A program made the translations under genes and the position numbers. Shown here piece by piece: positions 19,350 through 27,188 of a DNA stretch of 32,325 bases (its first letter is position 1; each line of letters starts with the position of its first letter). The DNA comes from an uncultured Eubacterium sp. (lineage in GTDB: Bacteria; Bacillota; Clostridia; Lachnospirales; Lachnospiraceae): the NCBI GenBank assembly GCA_947573465.1, contig CANPET010000001.1, forward strand, positions 1 to 32,325, in the 5' to 3' direction. The notes beneath the pieces were generated by a model. That model was not told the origin of the DNA and did no database searches. It worked only from the letters and a program-made list of their open reading frames with translations.

Positions 19350-20663
19350 ATGAAAGAAAATAGAGGTAAAACGAGAATACTGAAAAGTGTCTGTTTAGTG
19401 ATATTGTCATTATTAATAGTTATAACAGGATTGTTTACAGCGTATGTTGTTAATGCCAAAAGTGAGATAATACCAAATAATGATAAGGGGATACCAGATA
19501 AATATCTATATCAGGCAATATTATATAGTCTTGAGAAAAAAAGCGATAGTAAGTTTACGAAAGATGAGGCGGAAGGCTTATATGCTCTTGACCAAACAGT
19601 TTTTTTTGGAAAGAAGATTAAAACGCTAAAAGGAATAGAGAAGTTAACAAATTTGCATCATTTATCAATTGGAGACAATAAACTAACAAACCTTAATGGA
19701 ATTGAGAAATTAATCAATTTGAGTAGTTTAAAAATAGGTGGAAATAAATTAACAAATCTTAAGGGAGTTGAAAGTTTAACCAATTTAGAAAGTTTAAGTG
19801 TTGGAAAAGGTAAATTGAAAAATGTTAATGAGATTAAAAATTTATCGAAATTGAAAGAACTGTCTGTTAATGGAAATAAATTAGAAGATTGGACAATTGT
19901 AAGTGATTTGACGAATTTAGAAAACTTGTATATCAATGGTTGTGGCTTAACTGATAGCAGTTTGGAAAAAATTGTTGGCAAGTTGACAAAATTGACAGGT
20001 CTTGGAATTGCAGATAACAGTTTAAACAATTTAAAATTAATTAGTGGTTTGACAAAACTTGAATCGTTGGGTGCAAATAATTGTAAGTTAAAGAGTTTAT
20101 CCGGAATTGAAAATTTGACGAAATTACAAAGTTTATCCGTGTCTAATAATAGACTAACAAATTTAAATGGAATAGAGAACTTAACGAAACTACAATTTTT
20201 ATATGCAGATAAAAACAAGATAACAAGCCTTCCAAGTTTAAAGAAACTTAAAAGTTTTAACCTTGAATATTCGACTTTTGATAATAATAAAATCAGCGAA
20301 AAAGTATTTAAAAAAAATTTACCTTCCCATGTTCCAAAATGGTGGATAAATAATCAGGTTATGCTTCAGAATTTTAAAAAGAAATTAAAAGTGAATAAAG
20401 TAAAAAAAATAAAAAGTACCACGAAAAAAATTACCGGAGTAACTGAGAAGAGGGCAACAGTAGTATTAATGACATCGAAGGGAAAAAAAATAAAGAAGGT
20501 AAAAGTTAATAAAAAAGGTGCGTTTTGCTTTAAGAAACTTGATTTAAAAAAATACAAAGGAAAAAAACTTAAAATAACTGCATATTTGCTATATGATGAC
20601 CAGATTAATGGTGAGCGTAATAACATGGCTGTCAAGACTGTGAAATTTACTGTTCGAAAATGA
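19350..20663 (+). CDS. Secreted internalin-like leucine-rich repeat protein with a very basic Ig-like C-terminus
   Basis: Signal peptide ending VNA; IPDKYLYQAI cap; about 9-10 repeats of ~22 aa (LxxLxxLxLxxNxLxxLxGI); Lys-rich beta-type tail. Confidence 0.88.
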   Translation: MKENRGKTRILKSVCLVILSLLIVITGLFTAYVVNAKSEIIPNNDKGIPDKYLYQAILYSLEKKSDSKFTKDEAEGLYALDQTVFFGKKIKTLKGIEKLTNLHHLSIGDNKLTNLNGIEKLINLSSLKIGGNKLTNLKGVESLTNLESLSVGKGKLKNVNEIKNLSKLKELSVNGNKLEDWTIVSDLTNLENLYINGCGLTDSSLEKIVGKLTKLTGLGIADNSLNNLKLISGLTKLESLGANNCKLKSLSGIENLTKLQSLSVSNNRLTNLNGIENLTKLQFLYADKNKITSLPSLKKLKSFNLEYSTFDNNKISEKVFKKNLPSHVPKWWINNQVMLQNFKKKLKVNKVKKIKSTTKKITGVTEKRATVVLMTSKGKKIKKVKVNKKGAFCFKKLDLKKYKGKKLKITAYLLYDDQINGERNNMAVKTVKFTVRK

Positions 20664-20741
20664 AAAAATTAGCCATTTATAGTAGGAAACTTCGGAAAAC
20701 TCTAATTTTAATTTAATTGAATATATACTTTTAGCCATAAA

Positions 20742-20793
20742 AATTCTCCTTAAGTAGATTTTGGAAACTTACTTTGTCTACTTAAGGGGAATT
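20742..20793. terminator. Stem-loop after the LRR gene, probable terminator
   Basis: aattctccttaagtaga / tctacttaaggggaatt inverted repeat; weak T-tract. Confidence 0.55.
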
Positions 20794-20853
20794 ATATTAA
20801 AGTTGGGTCTCATTTTTTATAGAGTGTTTATATTTTATTATATACATATTTTA

Positions 20854-20882
20854 TTGACATACGGTTATAGATTTTATAATAT
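20854..20882 (+). promoter_or_regulatory. SigA-type promoter for the Ig-repeat gene
   Basis: TTGACA (20854-20859), then TAATAT at 17 bp (or TATAAT at 15 bp). Confidence 0.6.
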
Positions 20883-20951
20883 CATAATATATCAATAGGT
20901 CGGATATGATTTTATGAAGGGTTGGTTTTGGTTTTTGATTAAGGAGGGAGT

Positions 20952-22460
20952 TTGATGAGAAAAATAATATGTTGGACGTTAGTTTTGGTTATTATGATAA
21001 ATGTGTTAGCAGGTAACTATACGAATATTTTGGCAAAAACAAATAAAAGAGTTACTTTGAGTAAAAAGAATGTGACGTTATCTGTTGGCAAGAAGGCAGT
21101 TGTCAAATTAAAAAATGCTAACATGAAAGTTCAGTGGAGAGTTAAGAATAAAAAGATTGCCAAAGTAGTTAATAAAAAAGGAAAATATGACAATTCTATA
21201 ACGATTAGAGGAATAAAAAATGGTAGGACAACCTTAATAGCTAAATGTAAGAAAAAGTCATATAAGATTAAAATTATTGTTAAGAAAAAGACAATGCCTA
21301 AAAGTCAAAAATCTATGGTAAATACAATCACAACAAAAAAATCAGAAGAAAAGAAATCTTTTATTGTCGCAAAAGAGGCTGATTATAGTACTAAAACAAA
21401 ACTGCTAAGTATTACATATTTAGTGAAAAAAGCAAATGAAAGATTTGAACCTGCGTTTTGTCCGGGAGAAAGTGGAATACTGGAAATTAAAACAAAAGAG
21501 GGATGGGAAAGTATTCCGTTTTTAGAAGGTACTTCGTTTGCTGAATATTTAATTAGATTTTCTAAAGATGGAATTAACATTGCTAATATTAATATTGGGG
21601 AGTTGTATGGAGATTTAGTAAGTGGAAAATACCGTTATACTATAAAATTCATTGTAGACAGTGGGACAATTAATGTTCCAGTTGAGTTTGAGGTATCAAA
21701 TGAATTAAAGATGGAGACTGTTAATAATCCAGTGAAAATAAGTTCTGATGGTACATTTGTGGATATAAAAATTAAGAATACAACAGGAAAAGACTATTAT
21801 ACAGAATATGTTTTTGGAAAACTCGAAAGGCATGATGATGGTGAATGGAAGGATATAAAAGTAGATTATTTTCCAACCATAGAGATTTTGGGGCGACTTT
21901 ATTCTAACACAGAATTGGAGTTTAGGATTGGCTTAGATGGAAAGAATGGTTCTATAACGGTAGATAGTGATGAGTTGCTATCAGGTCATTATAGATATAC
22001 ACATACAGTAAAGGGGGCGGATGGACATACAGAAGATGTGTCTGCTGAATTTGATATTATAGAAGGAGATCAGACACCAGATAAAAAAGTTGATCTAAAA
22101 GAGGAATTAAAACTCGAAGTAACAAACAGTCCAATAAAATTAAGTGATGATATGCACATGAATGTGAGAATCAGCAGCGTTAAAGGAAATCATTTTATAA
22201 CGTGTTATGCATTTGGTAAGTTAGAGATATTAAAAGAGGATGGATGGCATTCAGTAGACATTAAAAATGGGTTTGAGATAGATGGACTTGGAAATATTAG
22301 TGAGAACAATCCGTTTGAATTTACTATTGGTCTTAACGTGGAGAGAGGACAATGCTATATCCATATAGATAATCTTGTAGCAGGCCATTACAGATATTAT
22401 CATTTAGCAGAAATGGGTAGTAACGTATATTTAAGTGATGAGTTTGATATTGTAGAATAG
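20952..22460 (+). CDS. Secreted protein: basic Ig-like (Big_2-type) N-terminal domain plus three tandem Ig-like repeats
   Basis: Signal peptide; LSKKNVTLSVGK..W....KIA; three copies of G.LE....G.W..I ... L.[SA]G.YRY ... EF[ED][VI]; AAGGAGG RBS before TTG/ATG. Confidence 0.7.
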   Translation: MMRKIICWTLVLVIMINVLAGNYTNILAKTNKRVTLSKKNVTLSVGKKAVVKLKNANMKVQWRVKNKKIAKVVNKKGKYDNSITIRGIKNGRTTLIAKCKKKSYKIKIIVKKKTMPKSQKSMVNTITTKKSEEKKSFIVAKEADYSTKTKLLSITYLVKKANERFEPAFCPGESGILEIKTKEGWESIPFLEGTSFAEYLIRFSKDGINIANINIGELYGDLVSGKYRYTIKFIVDSGTINVPVEFEVSNELKMETVNNPVKISSDGTFVDIKIKNTTGKDYYTEYVFGKLERHDDGEWKDIKVDYFPTIEILGRLYSNTELEFRIGLDGKNGSITVDSDELLSGHYRYTHTVKGADGHTEDVSAEFDIIEGDQTPDKKVDLKEELKLEVTNSPIKLSDDMHMNVRISSVKGNHFITCYAFGKLEILKEDGWHSVDIKNGFEIDGLGNISENNPFEFTIGLNVERGQCYIHIDNLVAGHYRYYHLAEMGSNVYLSDEFDIVE

Positions 22461-22471
22461 ATATATTTAGT

Positions 22472-22510
22472 TTAAAAAGATGAGGCAGGTAATTTGCCTC
22501 ATCTTTTTAA
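22472..22510. terminator. Bidirectional Rho-independent terminator
   Basis: Perfect IR ttaaaaagatgaggca / tgcctcatctttttaa between convergent genes. Confidence 0.88.
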
Positions 22511-22523
22511 TTGTTTATTATTC

Positions 22524-24203
22524 TTATAGTAAAAATTGCGATGAACTGTTTAGATTATTTGCAAATGCCGCCCAGTATTCTGTAATATCGCCTTCTACAC
22601 GTACCTCGTCGAAAGTTGCATTTCCAAAAGCACGGACAGCTTCACGGTCATAAAAGCGTTTTGTTTCTTTTGCCACAAAGGGAAGTGCATACCATACAAG
22701 AACACGTACATTTTTTGGAAGAGTATTAAAACATTCTTTCGTCTTTTCGTCATGAAAAGCAGTAACAAGTACAGTCACATCAGTGGTGTTATAGTTGTAA
22801 CGTTCAAGGCTTGCTGTGAATGAATCCCAGAAAGATTCATCCTTTTGCCTGGAATTGACACAAATTAAAATCTTTTTCTTTTTATTTCCAAAACCATCGA
22901 TAATATTATGCGTTTTCGTTGGAAGATAAGTATAATCTTTGAAAACAATATTTACGAGACGTTTGGTTGATAGTCCGTCATCATTGTAAATACACCATGA
23001 AGCCATTTCCTGCCACAGTGGCTCGTAGAATTCTAAGTATTCATCCCTGTTTTTGCAAATCGCATCAAGTGAAGATGCCACTTCATTCAGGCTGGAAGAT
23101 ACCAGTCCCGGCAATGTGTCCGTTGGTACGTATAGTCCCCGTCCACTTTCATATTCTTTTAAATCAGGAACATAAAAAATTATCGGTCTTTTAGTAATTA
23201 AAAAATCAAAGAAGATACTGGAATAATCTGAAATAAGAATATCTACCACAGATAAAAGTTCGTTGGTATCAATGGTAAACGGAATTAAAATGTCTTTTAG
23301 TTCCGGGTCATCAGCTAAAATTTTATATAAGAAGTAATGTACTCTTAAATAAATGCGGTATTCTGTCTGATCGATATTGTCAGAAAACTTCTTGATTGTT
23401 TCTTTAAATTCTGTTACATCATATTCCAGTTGATTATATAGCGTACCTTTCCAGGTTGGTGCATACAAAATTATTTTCTTGTCTGTTTTAAGTCCTGCAT
23501 TACGCAGCTTGGTATAAACTTTTTCTATATCAGCGTTTATGAGTAAGTCACTGCGGGGATGTCCGGTTTCTAATATTTTTCCCTGAAACAAACCATCCAG
23601 TTTATAGGAGTTTCGGTACATTACCTCTGTCATAAATTTATTAGCGGAAACGATATAGTCTGCAGCAAGAAAGTTTCTCGCAGGTCCACGAGCGTTTTCA
23701 ACACGCTCTACCATGTGGTCGTATCCCATATATTTGGTTGGAACACCGTGCCAAGTGTTAATGTAGACCTGTTCAGGTCTCTTGGTAAAGAAATACCCAA
23801 AGGTTGAGTTAGAAACAAGATATTTGCTTGAGGCTAGATATCTGTAATATTCTTCTGATTCCCGCCGGACAAATTTTACGTTTGGTAAGTCTGCAAATTC
23901 CTGAAGATTATCTTTTGCCATATCCATGTCTGCAATGGACCAGATATGTGTAAAGTTTTCAAAAGAAGTATCTTCTAAAAGCTGTAGAAAAATTGCACGG
24001 GGATTGTCTAGAATCCCCAGACCGGAGAATGCCTCATAAAATACATAATTCTTTTGAATGGGAATGGCAAGATAAGAATAATATTGCTTTTTCCCAATAT
24101 CTTTTTCGGGCATTTTAAAATTCTGTATAATTTTTTTTGCATTTCTTTTTAATGTATATTTGAAACCGTTTTTTACATTTGCAGTATATTCACCTGTCTG
24201 CAT
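22524..24203 (-). CDS. CDP-glycerol glycerophosphotransferase (TagF family) with a remnant GT-B tail
   Basis: NTWHGVPTK, GHPRSD, YAPTWKG, RVHY, LISDYSSIFFDF; the tail aligns to the first part of the neighbouring gene's GT4 domain. Confidence 0.88.
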   Translation of the reverse strand: MQTGEYTANVKNGFKYTLKRNAKKIIQNFKMPEKDIGKKQYYSYLAIPIQKNYVFYEAFSGLGILDNPRAIFLQLLEDTSFENFTHIWSIADMDMAKDNLQEFADLPNVKFVRRESEEYYRYLASSKYLVSNSTFGYFFTKRPEQVYINTWHGVPTKYMGYDHMVERVENARGPARNFLAADYIVSANKFMTEVMYRNSYKLDGLFQGKILETGHPRSDLLINADIEKVYTKLRNAGLKTDKKIILYAPTWKGTLYNQLEYDVTEFKETIKKFSDNIDQTEYRIYLRVHYFLYKILADDPELKDILIPFTIDTNELLSVVDILISDYSSIFFDFLITKRPIIFYVPDLKEYESGRGLYVPTDTLPGLVSSSLNEVASSLDAICKNRDEYLEFYEPLWQEMASWCIYNDDGLSTKRLVNIVFKDYTYLPTKTHNIIDGFGNKKKKILICVNSRQKDESFWDSFTASLERYNYNTTDVTVLVTAFHDEKTKECFNTLPKNVRVLVWYALPFVAKETKRFYDREAVRAFGNATFDEVRVEGDITEYWAAFANNLNSSSQFLL

Positions 24204-24288
24204 ATCTGCCTCCTGATGTTTGTAATAAAAATATTGTTATAATTGTTCCACAAATAACGTAAAACAGAAACTCTGTTAATAAGAGTCT

Positions 24289-26748
24289 TTAAATAATGTC
24301 TTCAAATTGCTGAATGGTGACCTGATTATAATTTTGGTAATCAAAGTTGCAGGTAGGGACCTCTCCTTTCATAAAAGAGACAAGTCCACCGTAAATATCA
24401 TCAATCGTATTGCCAATTAATAATTGTCCATTTTCAAATAAAGATGATTTTGCAGAACTAAAATCAGACATAATGATTGGAAGTCCTAATAATCTTGCTT
24501 CTAACAGTGAAACCGGCTGTCCCTCATGTAGTGATGGAAGAACAAAACAGTCACATTCCTTCATTAACACAAAAGGATTGTCGAGATTACCTGTCATTAT
24601 TACTTTTCCATCTAGTCCAAGGGAATGAATTAATGCTTTCAATTCGTTCATAAGAGCACCATCACCGATAATGTAAAGTCTTGTATTCGGATAATCTTTG
24701 TGAAGTTTTGAAAAGGCATGAATTAATGCTGCCTGATTTTTTTCAGGGGATAAACGTCCCATGTTCACAAACGATGTTAAGTTAGAATCCAATAATTCGG
24801 GAATACCGGCATCGGAAGCTGTTTCTCTCGTAAACGATTCTTTGGCACCTGCAATGACTCTGTCAAAGTTTGCCGCATTTCTAACAAAACAACATTTTTC
24901 TTTTAATTCACTATAGCCTATTTTTTCTAAATTTACCTGCATGGTAGCCTCAGAACATCCGACAATTTTGTCAAAAAACGGATAGGCTGAGAAAACGACA
25001 CGTAATTCACGATTATGAGGTTTTTTGCCATTTACTTTCTTATGCTTTTCCGTGAGCAGGTCGTTGTGCTGCCAAATAAGTTTCTTAGAGTCAGGACTGC
25101 TCAATAGCAGAATAGAATAAAAACTGCCATATCCTGAATAATCAATTACCGTATCAAAGTGACTGTCTCCAAAGCATCGAACAAATTCTCTGTCATACAT
25201 GGCTTTAGGATAGATGAACTTGATGAAAGGTGCATTAAAACCAAATACCCGTAAGAAATCATTTCGAAGTGTTTCACCCCATGTCGCTGGGGTATAGGAA
25301 ACTCTGGCAAAAATGCGGGCATTTTTATTAAATGTACAAATCATTTCTTTGCTGTCATCAAATTTGAGGTTGCCGGCATAGACCGTTACATCATATTTGT
25401 CATAATCAATATAATCTAACATCGTGCGCAGGGCAGTGGAGATTCCGTTCATACGAAGTCCGCCACCGAAGAAAAGAAGTTTTTTCTTTTTATTTGCGCA
25501 TGTTATTAATTGATATGGAGTTCCCTTTTCATCAGATGTTTTATGATAAAAAATAACATCAATAATTCGTTTTGCTACATTTCCATCGTCTTTTGGACAG
25601 GCAAAAGACTTGGCTGTTTCATAGGACGAACGGTATTTGTTGATAAATTCATCTAAATTGTTAATAACATTGCCGATTTCAGACAGTTTTGTGAAACAAG
25701 GTCCAGGCAATGCTTCTGGCTCTAAGTAAAGACCACGTTCATTTTTATATTTCTCAAGGTCCGGAATATAAAAGATTACAGGCTTGTCCGTAACCAGATA
25801 GTCATAAAAAATACTGGAATAGTCGGAAATTAAAATGTCAGTGATGGATAATAGTTCGTTCGTATCAATAAAAGCAGGAATCAATGAATCGCTCATGCGA
25901 CCTGATTTTTTCAATTCTTTGTAAACAACCTGATGAGGTTTCAAGAGAATCTGATATCTGTCTGTATCAATCATAGATTCTACGGTTCTCTTAAAATCGA
26001 TATATTCATTTACATCAATTTCCGGACGGTTGTAATCACTGCCTTTCCATGTAGGTGCATATAAAATAATTTCTTTTTTGGAATCAATGTCAATTCCGTA
26101 TTTTTGTAAATTTAATATAATTTCTGCTTTATCTGTATGAAATAGTCTGTCATTTCGAGGATATCCCTCTTCAATAATTGTACCCTCATATAATCCATCT
26201 AATTTATATTTATCCAGAAAAACAGAAGTCAAAAATGGATTGGCTGAGATAATATAATCAGTAGATAAAAAATTTCTAAGAACGTTGGAAATCGTAACAG
26301 GAGCATCAGGCATATCAAATCCTAAGCTTTTAATTGGTGTACCATGCCATGTGTTCACATAGACCTGCCCTTCCTTCTTACAATAATAAAAAGGAAGAGA
26401 AACATTTGTTATAATATATTTGGCAGAAGCTAAATATCTCAGATGGTCATCGCTGTGTCTGGCAATTGCAAAAACATTTTTGTTATTTTGAAACTGCTCC
26501 ATAATCGGTTCGTTTCCATATCGGTCCTCAATTACCCACACATGTGTATAATCCTTAAAATCCTCATTCTTTATTAATTCAAGAAACAGTGCATATGGAT
26601 TACAAATCATACCCCGTCCAAAGTATGAATCGTACAAAACAACCTTATCCTCAATCAATAAATTTTTATAATATTTCGCATATGTGGCACGTCTTTTTGT
26701 TTCTTTTAAATTGCCGGCTTTTGTTTTAATTTTACTTAAAATACCCAT
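24289..26748 (-). CDS. Bifunctional TagF-family phosphotransferase / GT4 (GT-B) glycosyltransferase
   Basis: NTWHGTPIK, GYPRND, YAPTWKG, ISDYSS; C-terminal MGRLSPEKNQ, IGDG, PSLHEGQPVSLLEA (EX7E motif). Confidence 0.92.
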   Translation of the reverse strand: MGILSKIKTKAGNLKETKRRATYAKYYKNLLIEDKVVLYDSYFGRGMICNPYALFLELIKNEDFKDYTHVWVIEDRYGNEPIMEQFQNNKNVFAIARHSDDHLRYLASAKYIITNVSLPFYYCKKEGQVYVNTWHGTPIKSLGFDMPDAPVTISNVLRNFLSTDYIISANPFLTSVFLDKYKLDGLYEGTIIEEGYPRNDRLFHTDKAEIILNLQKYGIDIDSKKEIILYAPTWKGSDYNRPEIDVNEYIDFKRTVESMIDTDRYQILLKPHQVVYKELKKSGRMSDSLIPAFIDTNELLSITDILISDYSSIFYDYLVTDKPVIFYIPDLEKYKNERGLYLEPEALPGPCFTKLSEIGNVINNLDEFINKYRSSYETAKSFACPKDDGNVAKRIIDVIFYHKTSDEKGTPYQLITCANKKKKLLFFGGGLRMNGISTALRTMLDYIDYDKYDVTVYAGNLKFDDSKEMICTFNKNARIFARVSYTPATWGETLRNDFLRVFGFNAPFIKFIYPKAMYDREFVRCFGDSHFDTVIDYSGYGSFYSILLLSSPDSKKLIWQHNDLLTEKHKKVNGKKPHNRELRVVFSAYPFFDKIVGCSEATMQVNLEKIGYSELKEKCCFVRNAANFDRVIAGAKESFTRETASDAGIPELLDSNLTSFVNMGRLSPEKNQAALIHAFSKLHKDYPNTRLYIIGDGALMNELKALIHSLGLDGKVIMTGNLDNPFVLMKECDCFVLPSLHEGQPVSLLEARLLGLPIIMSDFSSAKSSLFENGQLLIGNTIDDIYGGLVSFMKGEVPTCNFDYQNYNQVTIQQFEDII

Positions 26749-26954
26749 ACAAATCTCCCTAAAATTCAGATAGAGATATTATAGTACAAATCAAAAAATA
26801 AGGAAAGGGATAAGAGGGAATAGGAGGGTATTAAAAATTTGAAAAAATATATAGTTATTAGATAAAAATAAGTTGTATTTATATACAGAAATTGGTAGTA
26901 TACAATTATAAGGGGGAAATGATGGACGGAATATAAACAACAATAATTATAAAG

Positions 26955-27046
26955 AAAAAAATACCCCTTATCTATGAGAGTAAGCAGCATATATTAGAAC
27001 AGGCTCTAACATATGCAGGCACTCTTTGTGGATAGAGGTTTTTTTT
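26955..27046 (+). promoter_or_regulatory. Long bulged hairpin with T-tract between the divergent TagF-GT4 and RHS genes (terminator/attenuator candidate)
   Basis: Nested pairs tatcta/tggata, gagagt/actctt, gcatat/atatgc, ttaga/tctaa, flanked by A7 and T8. Confidence 0.55.
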
Positions 27047-27188
27047 ATATAAAAGTGTTTTAAAAAAGTAAAAAAGAAGAGAGGAGAAAGTGAAGGATAA
27101 AAATTTTTAAAGCATCTGAACGGAACTCGGAAAAGTTCATAGTATTATAAAACTATGGGAAGATGAATGAAAATAATGGGAGGACCAG

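Noticed and set aside
19658-20218. 186-aa minus-strand ORF with periodic sequence
   Set aside because: Antisense shadow of the LRR repeats.
19620-20230. 66-bp periodic repeats as a possible CRISPR array
   Set aside because: Degenerate at third codon positions, in frame within the LRR CDS, with no unique spacers and no cas genes.
13945-22510. Resemblance of the two boundary hairpins as att sites or terminal repeats
   Set aside because: Similarity is limited to A-run + atgag, and no recombinase or exact direct repeat was seen.
26766-26990. 74-aa hydrophobic minus-strand ORF in the divergent intergenic region
   Set aside because: Composition is explained by T-rich intergenic DNA; no RBS or family motif.
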